DNA from: Candidatus Aenigmatarchaeota archaeon
GTDB taxonomy: Archaea; Aenigmatarchaeota; Aenigmatarchaeia; QMZP01; QMZT01
Assembly (NCBI GenBank): GCA_041489155.1
Contig: JBGPQP010000014.1
Coordinates: forward strand, 1 to 23,282
DNA: 23,282 bases
Direction of reading: 5' to 3'
Shown piece by piece: positions 1 through 8,651 of this stretch. The notes under the pieces are model-generated. The model saw only the letters and a list, made by a program, of their open reading frames with translations, was not told where the DNA came from and searched no databases. Each line of letters starts with the position of its first letter. Positions within the stretch are counted from its first letter, which is position 1. Made by a program: the position numbers and the translations under genes.

Positions 1-525
1 ATCGCCGTCGGTGTTCTGGTCGTTCTCCCCGGGCTCGTTTTCTGCGTCCGTTACTTTTCTCGCAGGATTCATGTATTGAGCCATCAGGGCATGGAGCAGC
101 GTGCCAATGTGACGAGCCGTTTTCAGGAGTCGCTGTCCTCGGTCTCTCTGATCAAGGCCTTCTCATCAGAAAGGAGGGCCTTAAACCGTCTTATGTCCGA
201 AATGAAAAACGCCTTTCAAATCTCCCTGGAACAATCGACCGTGGCTTCGGTGGCCAACCTGGCGATCAATTCCATGCCCAGCATCGCCCGGGCTGTTGTG
301 CTGGCGCTGGGGGGCTACTGGGTCATCAAAGGGGACTGGAGCCTCGGGTCTTTGCTTGCCTTTCAAGCCTACCTGGGATATGTGTTTGGTCCGGCGCAGT
401 TCCTGGCCTCAGCGAACCTTGATTTGCAGAATGCCTTAGCCTCCCTGGAAAGGGTTTCAGCCCTTTATGATATTTTCCCGGAAGAGAATATCAGGGCGGC
501 GGATCGCGGGCTCGCGGGCCTGTAG
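1..525 (+). pseudogene. Partial ABC exporter transmembrane domain (MsbA/Sav1866-like). It is open at the window start and ends before any nucleotide-binding domain.
   Basis: Frame 1 is open from base 1 (IAVGVLVVLPGLVFCVRYFSRR...). It shows typical TMD motifs: 'FQESLSSVSLIKAF', 'LGGYWVIKGDWSLGSLLAFQAYLGYVFGP', 'LQNALASLERV'. After 'YDIFPEENI' it runs into antisense tbp sequence and stops at 523-525, with no Walker A. Confidence 0.85.
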
Positions 526-680
526 ACGAGACCCGGGAACTGCTCCGGTTCGTACTCAGTGTTCTCGACTGTGTTGACGATCTTGTTAAGGGAAATTTTT
601 ATGTTCAGAGATGTAAAAGCGACAACGTTCTCGATTTTTATTGAGAATTTGCTTGGAGATTCAACCACATTTTTCGCCAT
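465..680 (-). pseudogene. tbp: TATA-box binding protein, N-terminal part only (first repeat), truncated
   Basis: MAKNVVESPSKFSIKIENVVAFTSL...TEYEPEQFPGLVYR...AALIFSSGKI matches archaeal TBP repeat 1 (IENVVA, YEPEQFPGLVYR, LIFSSGK). It stops immediately after GKI where 'VCTGAK' is expected. An SD-like GAGGGGTGG lies upstream of the ATG at 680. Confidence 0.92.
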
Positions 681-789
681 CCTGATGCCACCCCTCAATT
701 TTAATTTTGCAATAGAAATTTTTGAATTATAATATTATAAATTAAACGTATTTAAAGACATGGTTACCACAAAATTCTAAGCGAGCAAA

Positions 790-1197
790 TCATTTTTTTC
801 TGAGCTTGAAGGTCGATTCTATTATCCATAAAACTGAGCTGGCTATGAAGAACATGCCTATGTAAAACAGCATCTGCGCCTGCGCGAAATAGGGGTTGAG
901 ATAATATGATATGTAGGGTATGTTCACGCGGAAAAGGTAGGCTGCGAGTCCGGCTTCGAGCACGAGGTCAACTGCATTGTTGAGCAGCAGCAGAATTAAA
1001 ACAATGCGATGCGTTTTCAGTTCCTTGAACGTATGGCGGAGGTCGAAGATGGTGAAAAGCAGCGAGGCTACCATGACAGCGCCCCACACATACGTTCGGA
1101 ACGTGGGAAGCCTGAAGTACATGCCCGAAAGGCCTATGATAACTATCCCCACAAACAGGCCCACGATGCAATCCTCATACTCGTGGATGAACTTCAT
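790..1197 (-). CDS. Hypothetical integral membrane protein (about 4 TM helices)
   Basis: 135-aa ORF with four hydrophobic segments and a basic C-terminus. It is co-oriented with, and just downstream of, the pit gene. Confidence 0.7.
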   Translation of the reverse strand: MKFIHEYEDCIVGLFVGIVIIGLSGMYFRLPTFRTYVWGAVMVASLLFTIFDLRHTFKELKTHRIVLILLLLNNAVDLVLEAGLAAYLFRVNIPYISYYLNPYFAQAQMLFYIGMFFIASSVLWIIESTFKLRKK

Positions 1198-1234
1198 GAA
1201 AAATTATTGGTGATAGCAGAATAATAATCTTCAC

Positions 1235-2230
1235 CTATAAAAATGAGGTTATGATGATGTAAGAGCCCGCGGAAATGAGGGCCGTGGCGGGTATGGTAAG
1301 TATCCACACCCAGAGCATTTTTCGCGCTGTGACCCAGCGGACTTTCTTGAAGCTTTCCACTGCCCCGACGCCCATTATGGAGCCTGAAATGACATGAGTC
1401 GTGCTTACAGGAATGCCTAAGATGGACGAAAAGAACAGGACGACTCCGCCCGAGCTTTCTGCGCAGAAGCCTTCGAACGGATGAAGCTTCGTTATTTTCG
1501 TGCCCATTGTCTTCACTATCCTCCAGCCGCCAAGATACGTTCCGAGGGATATGGCCGCATGGCAGGAAAGGATGACCCAGACCGGCACGTGAAAAGTGCT
1601 CAGCATACCGGCGCTGAACAGCAGGACGGTGATGATACCCATGGTTTTCTGGGCGTCATTCGTTCCGTGCCCCACACTGTAAAAGAACGATGAAAACAAC
1701 TGTAGCCGTTTGAACAGGGCGGCGAGCTTCACAGGATGCTGCCTTCTGAAAATGTTCATTATAAGGATAGTGAAGAAGGTCGCTCCCACGAATCCGAGCA
1801 GGGGTGCAAAAAATATGAAGGCGAATATCGTCATTATGCCGGAAAGGTTTAGGAAGCTTGTGCCGCTTGTTATCAGAACGCTGCCTATGAGACCACCAAT
1901 GAGGCCGTGGCTGCTGGAAGCCGGAAGGCCGAGCAGCCACGTGATGATATTCCATGCTATCGCGCCGCAGATGGCTGAAAGTATTATGTAAACGTTGACC
2001 GCGCTGGGGTTGACAATGCCTTTGCCTATCGTTTCCGCGACTGCAACCGAGAACACGAACGCTCCCACGAAATTCGCAAGCGCCGCCATCAGGACCGCCT
2101 GGTGCGGCGTGAGGACCTTGGTCACAACAATCGTCGCTATCGCGTTCGCAGCGTCGTGAAAACCATTCAGAAAATCGAAAACGAGCGCGGTAGAAATCCC
2201 GATAAGAACAAGAATTTCAAGGCTAACCAT
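1235..2230 (-). CDS. pit: Inorganic phosphate transporter, PiT family
   Basis: PiT signature motifs NGFHDAANAIAT, GLPASSSHGLIGG, GHGTNDAQKTMGII, GIPVSTTH. The start overlaps the stop of the DUF47 gene. Confidence 0.95.
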   Translation of the reverse strand: MVSLEILVLIGISTALVFDFLNGFHDAANAIATIVVTKVLTPHQAVLMAALANFVGAFVFSVAVAETIGKGIVNPSAVNVYIILSAICGAIAWNIITWLLGLPASSSHGLIGGLIGSVLITSGTSFLNLSGIMTIFAFIFFAPLLGFVGATFFTILIMNIFRRQHPVKLAALFKRLQLFSSFFYSVGHGTNDAQKTMGIITVLLFSAGMLSTFHVPVWVILSCHAAISLGTYLGGWRIVKTMGTKITKLHPFEGFCAESSGGVVLFFSSILGIPVSTTHVISGSIMGVGAVESFKKVRWVTARKMLWVWILTIPATALISAGSYIIITSFL

Positions 2231-2867
2231 GCTTTATCACTATCGCTCCGAGTGTGTCGCCAACCTCGTCGCACATGTTGATCGCTTCTTCGACTGATTC
2301 GTAAATTTCCTTGAATTTTATGAGCTCCTTTGTGTCATGATTGTTCTCGAAAATTTCCTCCACGCAACTGAAAAAGAGCTTGTCCGCCTCGACCTCGATG
2401 TTATGCAGGCTTATTATAGCCTTCTTTATTTCGGCGTAATTTTTGAGATTATGCATAGAATTTTTGATGATGGTGCAGCATTCTAGAATATGCCTTGAGA
2501 ATTTAGTCATGTCGGCAGGCATCTGCCTTATTTTGTATACGGCTATTCTTGTTGCCGTGTGATGTATGAAATCCAGAATGTCATCCATTTTCTGGGTCAG
2601 GTCCAGGATGTCCTCCCTGTCGAACGGCGTTATGAAAGTTTCGTGAAGGCCATCGGAAATGCTCCTTGTTATATCGTCTCCCTTGTGTTCTATTTCCTTT
2701 ATCACGCTTCTCTTTTCGAGTATTTCCGCCTCTTTCAGTTTATCGAAATTAGTGACGAAATTGTTGAACTCGTCGGCACCCTGGTAAAGTATGTCTGACT
2801 GGGCCATGAGCATGTCTATGAACTTCCTTTCCCTGGGTAGCAGAAAATCCAGTATTCTCTTCATCAT
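2223..2867 (-). CDS. DUF47/PhoU-like phosphate transport regulator
   Basis: Motifs 'IKEIEHKGDDI', 'TFITPFDREDI', 'MDDILD', 'EVEADKL', 'KEIYESVEEAIN.C'. This is the classical partner directly upstream of pit. Confidence 0.92.
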   Translation of the reverse strand: MMKRILDFLLPRERKFIDMLMAQSDILYQGADEFNNFVTNFDKLKEAEILEKRSVIKEIEHKGDDITRSISDGLHETFITPFDREDILDLTQKMDDILDFIHHTATRIAVYKIRQMPADMTKFSRHILECCTIIKNSMHNLKNYAEIKKAIISLHNIEVEADKLFFSCVEEIFENNHDTKELIKFKEIYESVEEAINMCDEVGDTLGAIVIKHG

Positions 2868-2955
2868 GAACCCTTTGTCTTAAATGTTATTTCACTTCTT
2901 TTTATAGGCTAATATCCCTTTCCAGAAGTAAAATTTCAAGATCAAGGGTTGAAAG

Positions 2956-3531
2956 TCACCACCGGAGTATCTGCAGCTCCCTGCCGGTGATGTCGAAAAC
3001 CCTTGAAGATTCGCCTGAAAGCTCCCCGGCGTCTATCGCGTAATCCACTATCTGGGTCAATGCGGCTGGTATTTCCCTGACTGACGTCGTGGGCAGCGTT
3101 GTGGACAGGTTGACGGAAGTCGTTATGAAAGGCACGCCTTGCGAACGGATGAAGTCGCAGAACTCGTTGCGGGGGATGCGCACGCCCATAGTCCCTTCCT
3201 TTGAAACGACGTAAGGCATGCCCTTTTTCGCCTTTAAGATGACTGTGTAAGGGCCTGGCAGCAGGTTGTCTATGAACTTGACGTTTTCGCCCGTGATCCT
3301 CGAGTTTTCCGCTATCCATGCCTTGGAGGGCGCGATGACGGAAAAGGTTTTCGAAGGGTCGCGGCCTTTCGCAGTTATTATTTTCTCGATGCTGGCGGTT
3401 TTTTCCGCGTTGCAGCCGATGCCGTAGACAGTGTCTGTCGGGTAAACCAGTATGCTGCCTTCCCTTATCGCTTTCGCGATCACGACCCTCTCAAGGTCTT
3501 TCAGGGCTTCGCTGACCTTGATTATTTTCAT
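2956..3531 (-). CDS. tsaC: L-threonylcarbamoyladenylate synthase, single-domain TsaC/YrdC type
   Basis: YPTDTVYGIGC, KGR, LPGPYTVIL, GVRIP and TTSVNLS motifs. At 191 aa it lacks the Sua5 C-terminal domain. Confidence 0.9.
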   Translation of the reverse strand: MKIIKVSEALKDLERVVIAKAIREGSILVYPTDTVYGIGCNAEKTASIEKIITAKGRDPSKTFSVIAPSKAWIAENSRITGENVKFIDNLLPGPYTVILKAKKGMPYVVSKEGTMGVRIPRNEFCDFIRSQGVPFITTSVNLSTTLPTTSVREIPAALTQIVDYAIDAGELSGESSRVFDITGRELQILRW

Positions 3532-3561
3532 ATCAATAATAGAATTTGGGAATATTTGGTA

Positions 3562-3569
3562 TATATAAA
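3562..3569 (-). promoter_or_regulatory. Putative archaeal TATA box for tsaC, overlapping a T-run after the tes stop
   Basis: TTTATATA on the minus strand, 31-38 nt upstream of the tsaC ATG. TTTTTT immediately follows the tes stop codon and could act as an oligo-T terminator. Confidence 0.45.
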
Positions 3570-3572
3570 AAA

Positions 3573-5189
3573 TTATTCTTTAAGGAAGCCTTCATACGTC
3601 TTCCTGTAAAGCTCGGAGTTCTTCAGCACTTCGGCGTCGCGCTGATACATGTCGGATTTCATGGTCCTGCCAGTCGTCTTCTCCCAAGCTTCAAAAGAAA
3701 TGCCGTACTTGTTCTGCACGCTGTCCCTGTACCATTCAGGTATGACGTTGAAGGCGCAGAAGGGGATGATTGCTTCCGGCGTGAGGTAATGGATGCAGCA
3801 GCGCTTTACGCGCTCTATGTCATAATTATAGGTGTCCATGAAATGCATCATCCCGATGAACAGTGACTTGCGGTGGAACGCGCCCAGTGAACTGTAATCG
3901 TGTTTCATCAGGGCGTCATAGATTATTTTGCCCAGCGAGAAGCCTTTGGGTGCTTTCGACTTATCTATGAAAGAGTTGAGCTTGAAGAACATCTTGGCGC
4001 CGACGACGTATTTGCTCTTGCCTTTTTGCAGTTCTTCAGCCTGCTCCTCGACGTATTCGAAAAGGCCGCCGATGTCTATGAACCTGGTTATCGGCAGCAT
4101 TTTCCCGTTGTCCTCGAAAACGTAAGTCGCCATGCCACAGGCAAAATGAGTCGACAGCGAGTACTGCGGCTTCTTGACAAGCGATTCGACGAAATCAGTG
4201 ATGACCTTCATTGAGGGAACCGGGTAGAAATCGTCCTTGCTTATCGCGCCGCCAGTCTGCTCCTCTATCTTTTGTATTACGTCTGGAATTGTTATCCTGT
4301 GTTTGTCGCGTTCTTTCCTAGGCATTCGCCCGACGAGGGAGACTGGCTGATAGTTGACGCCGCGGACCACGTCCATGTTCCTGAAGCCGAAGCGCAGGAT
4401 GTCGCCGACTTCGCTGTCATTGACCCCTTTGATTATGGTAGGCACGAGCACAAGGCTGACCTCTGCCTTCCTCGAATTCTCAAGGACCTGCGGGATTTCG
4501 TAGTGATTCTTGGGATTCGTTTGCGGGGTCACGCCGTCGAACGAAAGGTAAACCGTGTTTATGCCGTTTTCCCTCAGCTTCGCCACGAACTCCGGGTCCT
4601 GGGAAAAACGTATGCCGTTGGTGTTGTACTGGACGTGCTCGACGCCTTCCTCCTTTGTCATCTTTATTATGTCAATTATGTCGTTCCTCAGCGAAGGCTC
4701 GCCTCCCGTTATCTGGAGCGCGTTGCCGGGAACCGGTTTTTCATCCCTCAGCAGTTTCACCGCCTTCCTCAGCTCTTCAAGCGACGGCTCGTAAACGTAT
4801 CCCGCCCTCTTGGCGAAGAAAAAGCAGTACCAGCAGTTGAGGTCGCAGCGGTTGGTGACGACGAGGTTCGCAAGCGCTGTGTGGGATTTGTGGAGCGAAC
4901 AGAGGCCGCAATCCTTCGGGCAGACAGGATTCGCTTTCGCCACGTTCGGGTTCTCAACGCCCCTGCCGTCGTAGGCAAAAGTCGAAGCTCTCTTGTACAT
5001 GTCGGCAGAACCCCAGTAAAGCTCCACGACTTCGCCGTGCTCGTCGCATTTCTTCTTTATCCAGATTTTGCCGTCCTCTTCGAATATCGTGGCAGCAATT
5101 ATCTTCAGGCACTCCGGGCATACGGAAGCCGTGACAAGAGGGAGTTTCACGGCTTCCACGCTGCCTTCCTTTTTCTTTTCCTGCGGCAT
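3573..5189 (-). CDS. tes: Tetraether lipid synthase (Tes / GDGT-MAS, MJ0619/Saci_0703 family radical SAM enzyme)
   Basis: N-terminal CPEC...CDEHG metal site, then CPKDCGLC..H, the radical SAM motif CDLNCWYC, GGEP, 'VRGVNYQPVS..GR', 'RITIPD...IEEQT', 'DFYPVP', 'H.ACG', and 'MHFMDTYNYDIERVKRCCIHY.TP..IIPFC'. These are colinear with MJ0619-family Tes as I recall it. SD GGAGTGG lies upstream. Confidence 0.9.
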   Translation of the reverse strand: MPQEKKKEGSVEAVKLPLVTASVCPECLKIIAATIFEEDGKIWIKKKCDEHGEVVELYWGSADMYKRASTFAYDGRGVENPNVAKANPVCPKDCGLCSLHKSHTALANLVVTNRCDLNCWYCFFFAKRAGYVYEPSLEELRKAVKLLRDEKPVPGNALQITGGEPSLRNDIIDIIKMTKEEGVEHVQYNTNGIRFSQDPEFVAKLRENGINTVYLSFDGVTPQTNPKNHYEIPQVLENSRKAEVSLVLVPTIIKGVNDSEVGDILRFGFRNMDVVRGVNYQPVSLVGRMPRKERDKHRITIPDVIQKIEEQTGGAISKDDFYPVPSMKVITDFVESLVKKPQYSLSTHFACGMATYVFEDNGKMLPITRFIDIGGLFEYVEEQAEELQKGKSKYVVGAKMFFKLNSFIDKSKAPKGFSLGKIIYDALMKHDYSSLGAFHRKSLFIGMMHFMDTYNYDIERVKRCCIHYLTPEAIIPFCAFNVIPEWYRDSVQNKYGISFEAWEKTTGRTMKSDMYQRDAEVLKNSELYRKTYEGFLKE

Positions 5190-5220
5190 CAGACCACTCC
5201 AAACAAGCCTCGGGGGCTTT

Positions 5221-5256
5221 AATTTGAAAGTTTTAAAAAGTTTTAAATGTTCAATT
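5221..5256. promoter_or_regulatory. Divergent tes/regulator promoter region with a candidate operator
   Basis: AT-rich spacer containing a tandem AAAGTTTTAA x2 (5227-5246), bracketed by the inverted pair TTGAA (5224-5228) and TTCAA (5250-5254). Confidence 0.35.
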
Positions 5257-5305
5257 AATAATTAGTATATTGCAGGAATTTATAAAATTAACTAGCGGAT
5301 GCAAA

Positions 5306-5788
5306 ATGACCGATGGCGAGATACGCGAAATAGAGAAGAAGATTTATGACACTTTCTCCGAGCTGGCAAAATCCATGGGCTTCTCCCCCATACACGGCAA
5401 CATCATAGCCGCGCTCATTGTCGGTGGCGGCTCGCTGCCCCTCCAGGAAATAGCGAAGAAAACGGGATATTCGATATCGATGGTCTCGCTCAGCATGGAC
5501 CTTCTCGAGATATTAGGAATAGTCAAGAAGGTCAAGAAATCGAGGGACAGGAAGCTGTACATAGAGCTGAGCGGTAACCTGCTCGAGTCGCTGAAAAGGA
5601 TATTCCTCATGCGGGTGAAGAAGGGGATATCGGAGTCGCTTCTCGAGTTCGAGCAGGGGAAGGGAAGACTGCAGAAACTACAGGGGAGAGACAAGGAAGA
5701 CGTGCTGAAGGCGATAGAAACCCTTGAGAATGAGATAAAGAGGCTGGAGAAATACGTTTCGCTTCTTTCAGAGATAAAGCTGCCCTGA
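5306..5788 (+). CDS. GbsR/MarR-family (COG1510-like) winged-helix transcriptional regulator
   Basis: 'SMGFSPIHGNIIAAL...LPLQEIAKKTGYSISMVSLSMDLLEILGIVKKVKKSRDRKLY' is a wHTH, followed by a coiled-coil C-terminus. I prefer the ATG at 5306 over the TTG at 5270. Confidence 0.8.
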   Translation: MTDGEIREIEKKIYDTFSELAKSMGFSPIHGNIIAALIVGGGSLPLQEIAKKTGYSISMVSLSMDLLEILGIVKKVKKSRDRKLYIELSGNLLESLKRIFLMRVKKGISESLLEFEQGKGRLQKLQGRDKEDVLKAIETLENEIKRLEKYVSLLSEIKLP

Positions 5789-5822
5789 TTTTCATTTGCC
5801 CTTATTTTAATCTAATCAGCAA

Positions 5823-5924
5823 TCAGCCGGGGCAGCTGGGGTATATTTCTGTTGTTGTCTCCTGGCATACGAAGGTCTTGAGCGTTACCTTGGCCTTTGA
5901 CATGGGTTTGGAATACATTCTCAT
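5823..5924 (-). pseudogene. 33-codon remnant homologous to the variable domain of the 7262-8611 protein
   Basis: It translates MRMYSKPMSKAKVTLKTFVCQETTTEIYPSCPG*. This aligns without gaps to VWAQKFTNMPVTLESFTCNSDVYSASQSCPG (9/31 identical, including VTL..F.C and SCPG). Confidence 0.6.
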
Positions 5925-5961
5925 ATAGCAATTTATTTTAACTCATATCCCTGCACTACCT

Positions 5962-7215
5962 CTAAATAGCAGGCACACAGTTGCCGTCGGGCGCACCCAT
6001 GCATATTTGGCCTTCGTCGCAGTAGCTGTCCTTGAAGCACCATCTGCAGTCCTTGCCTGAGGACTCGGGGCAGTTATCGTGATTTTCTCCGCGGTCGGGT
6101 TGACATACGCCGTCGCCGCAGCAGTCGTAGCATTTCAAATTCACACATGAACCGCTCTTGCATTCGCTGTCGGACGTGCATGCTTCTCCACACTCCTTGT
6201 TTGCTGGTGGTATTATCTGGCAGTTGCCGTTCCTGTTGATGTAAGAATTGGGGTTGGTGCGGTCGTAGCCGGAAGCACACCTGCACGGGAAGTCGAAGTT
6301 ATTCGGTCTGATATCCCATCCGCTGTCCCATTGGCACCAACCTGAAGGAATCACGAAATAATTGTCAACATCTTTAACTGTCCCGCCCTCGCAATGCGCC
6401 TTCAATTCGTCCTCTGCTTGCGCGGCGTCGAGGCTGTATTTGGCTGACCACTCATCATATTTCCATTCGACCCTTGTCTTGTACCACACAGGACAATAGT
6501 CAAGATTGCATTTGCCCGCAGCGCTGTCGTAGCAGCATAAAATGCCGGGATGGCATGAATAGTCGTTGCATTGAGACTCTTTCCCGTCCCATTGAGAGCA
6601 GGGATGATAAGGGTCTGACGGGTACTTCCAGTCGGTGCCCTCGTCTCTGAGGCCTCTGCATGGCACTGTACCGCTTCCCTTCCAGTAGCATACGCGCAGC
6701 TCGCAGTGCCATTGGTTATTTAGCTCTTCGCAGTTTTCCACAGTTCCGCAACCGGGACCGCCGTTCTGCCAACTGCACGCGGAATCCAGATTGCACGCAT
6801 AAACATTATCGCCGTATTGCTGGTTGCACAGGTCGGGCGGTATTACTATGCCGCCGGGCGGGCACAATGTGTCATCGGTTTTGCCGACTGTCTTGTCGTT
6901 TAGCGAAACCTCCGTGACCTCGTTGGTTTCGGGCTGGCCGTCATAATCGAAGTGGTTAGTTGTCACTTTTATCGTGCACTTGTAAGCAGCCGCCATCGGG
7001 GCGTTGAACTTCAGGGTGTATTGGTTGTTGTTCATAGGAAGGTAAGGCTGCGGCGAGCAGATACCGTAACTTCCCGTGGAACATCCATACCCGCCAAAGC
7101 CGCTGCCGCAGGAAAACGTCAGGTCCACTTTTGGCGGCATGGCGTCTGATGCGGCACTGACACAAAGCATAATACAAGTTGCAAAAAACGCTGAAAACAC
7201 AACGATTTTCTTCAT
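5962..7215 (-). CDS. Secreted Cys-rich protein, paralog 3 (conserved N-module, Cys/Trp-rich variable middle, CGDGxC C-module)
   Basis: Signal peptide MKKIVVFSAFFATCIMLCVSAAS, conserved MNNNQYTLKFNAP..AAYKCTI...NE..EVSLNDK.VG.TDD module, C-terminal CCGDGVCQPDRGENHDNCP. No TM anchor. SD GGAGGAGG. Confidence 0.85.
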   Translation of the reverse strand: MKKIVVFSAFFATCIMLCVSAASDAMPPKVDLTFSCGSGFGGYGCSTGSYGICSPQPYLPMNNNQYTLKFNAPMAAAYKCTIKVTTNHFDYDGQPETNEVTEVSLNDKTVGKTDDTLCPPGGIVIPPDLCNQQYGDNVYACNLDSACSWQNGGPGCGTVENCEELNNQWHCELRVCYWKGSGTVPCRGLRDEGTDWKYPSDPYHPCSQWDGKESQCNDYSCHPGILCCYDSAAGKCNLDYCPVWYKTRVEWKYDEWSAKYSLDAAQAEDELKAHCEGGTVKDVDNYFVIPSGWCQWDSGWDIRPNNFDFPCRCASGYDRTNPNSYINRNGNCQIIPPANKECGEACTSDSECKSGSCVNLKCYDCCGDGVCQPDRGENHDNCPESSGKDCRWCFKDSYCDEGQICMGAPDGNCVPAI

Positions 7216-7261
7216 TTTGCCTCCTCCCCCTTCTTTAAACTAAACGAATATCTCATAAACT

Positions 7262-8611
7262 CTAATAACATTTTATTTTTGACCTGCATCTACCGGAAAC
7301 GCACATTTCGCAATCATCACAGTCGTCGTCATTATCGCAATCCCTGTCGCTGCCGCAGTCCTTCCTGCAATTCGCCCCGGTCTCACCCCTGACTGTCTGG
7401 CACACTCCGTCGCCACAGCAGTTGTAGCATATGTAATTCGTGCAGGTGCCGCTCTGGCACTGGCTGTCGATTGTGCAGGAAGCGCCGCAGGCTTTCAATG
7501 TGCTTCCTCCGCCGCAGTTACCATTATAAACCACTCCGTTGGAGAAGCCGGGGCAGCTTTGCGATGCGCTGTAAACATCACTATTGCATGTGAAACTCTC
7601 AAGGGTTACGGGCATGTTGGTGAATTTCTGCGCCCAAACATTGTGCCACTGTGTTTTGCCTTGGCATTCGTTTCCCAAGCAGTAGGAATTGAACTCAAAG
7701 CTGAGAGGCATCGCTAGGACCAGGCATCTTTCGTCATCACCCTCCTTTTTGATGCAGATCGAATGAGCATCTGAGTTCCATGTTATCTTATACTTTTTAT
7801 TACCTTCCAACGTAGGGCTGTTCCCTCGGGTTATTCCTTCCCCACACCATCCGTCCCTGATGGCACCCTCAGAGCACGGGCAACACGAACATTCCTCGCA
7901 TGTGCCTACACCTGTTTTGACCACGTAATTGTCTATATCTGGGAAATATACAAAACTTACACCTGAATAAACCCTGCTCCTGGTGTTGCTCATGTCAAAA
8001 ATTACGTATCTCACATCCTCTCCCTCGCCGGCCCTGGCATCATTAAGTTCGTCCGGGATTAGGTTTCCTATTTTGAATTCGACAGAGCCGCTTTTGCAGA
8101 ATTTGCTGTCGCTATAGCCGCTGAAACACGTGGGATTCGAAAGGCCTCCCACGTCGCTGGGCACATTGTTTACGCATGGCGGATGCACGCATTCGCTCAC
8201 AGTATTGCAGTAGCTGTCATCAGTCGTGCCTACAACCTTGTCGTTCAGTATGACTTGCGTCTTTTCGTTGGGCTCCGCGACGCTGGGATTATACGGCGGA
8301 GAGCCGCAATTGAAGCTGAAATCGTTTGTGACGGCGGTTATCGTGCATTTGTAATCAGCCGCCCTCGGAGCGTTGAACTTCAGGGTGTACTGGTTGTTGT
8401 TCATATTAAGCCCATATTCGGCCATGCAGTCTTTCTTGTAGCAGCCGCCTGACGGGAAGCCGCTGGCGCACGTGAAAGTCGCGCTGAATGAGGCGTCAGT
8501 AGCAGCGGCCCTTGCTGTATCGGTCTGCATAAAACCAAGCATTATCATTGTTGCGAATAAGCAAACGACAGTGCCCAAGATGGCCATTTTACCTTTCATT
8601 CTATCCTTCAT
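7262..8611 (-). CDS. Secreted Cys-rich protein, paralog 2 (conserved N-module, beta-rich variable domain, CGDGxC C-module)
   Basis: Signal peptide, MNNNQYTLKFNAPRAADYKCTI...NEKTQVILNDKVVGTTDD, C-terminal CCGDGVCQTVRGETGANCRKDC. No TM anchor. The exact start Met is uncertain. Confidence 0.85.
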   Translation of the reverse strand: MKDRMKGKMAILGTVVCLFATMIMLGFMQTDTARAAATDASFSATFTCASGFPSGGCYKKDCMAEYGLNMNNNQYTLKFNAPRAADYKCTITAVTNDFSFNCGSPPYNPSVAEPNEKTQVILNDKVVGTTDDSYCNTVSECVHPPCVNNVPSDVGGLSNPTCFSGYSDSKFCKSGSVEFKIGNLIPDELNDARAGEGEDVRYVIFDMSNTRSRVYSGVSFVYFPDIDNYVVKTGVGTCEECSCCPCSEGAIRDGWCGEGITRGNSPTLEGNKKYKITWNSDAHSICIKKEGDDERCLVLAMPLSFEFNSYCLGNECQGKTQWHNVWAQKFTNMPVTLESFTCNSDVYSASQSCPGFSNGVVYNGNCGGGSTLKACGASCTIDSQCQSGTCTNYICYNCCGDGVCQTVRGETGANCRKDCGSDRDCDNDDDCDDCEMCVSGRCRSKIKCY

Positions 8612-8651
8612 ATTTGCTCTTGTCCGACTACGTTTTTCTCGTGCTTAATTA

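Noticed and set aside
2942..3319. 125-aa alternative-frame ORF inside tsaC
   Set aside because: It overlaps a confidently identified gene and has an Arg/His-rich off-frame composition.
4272..5222. 316-aa plus-strand ORF
   Set aside because: It is antisense to the well-supported tes gene and has no motifs.
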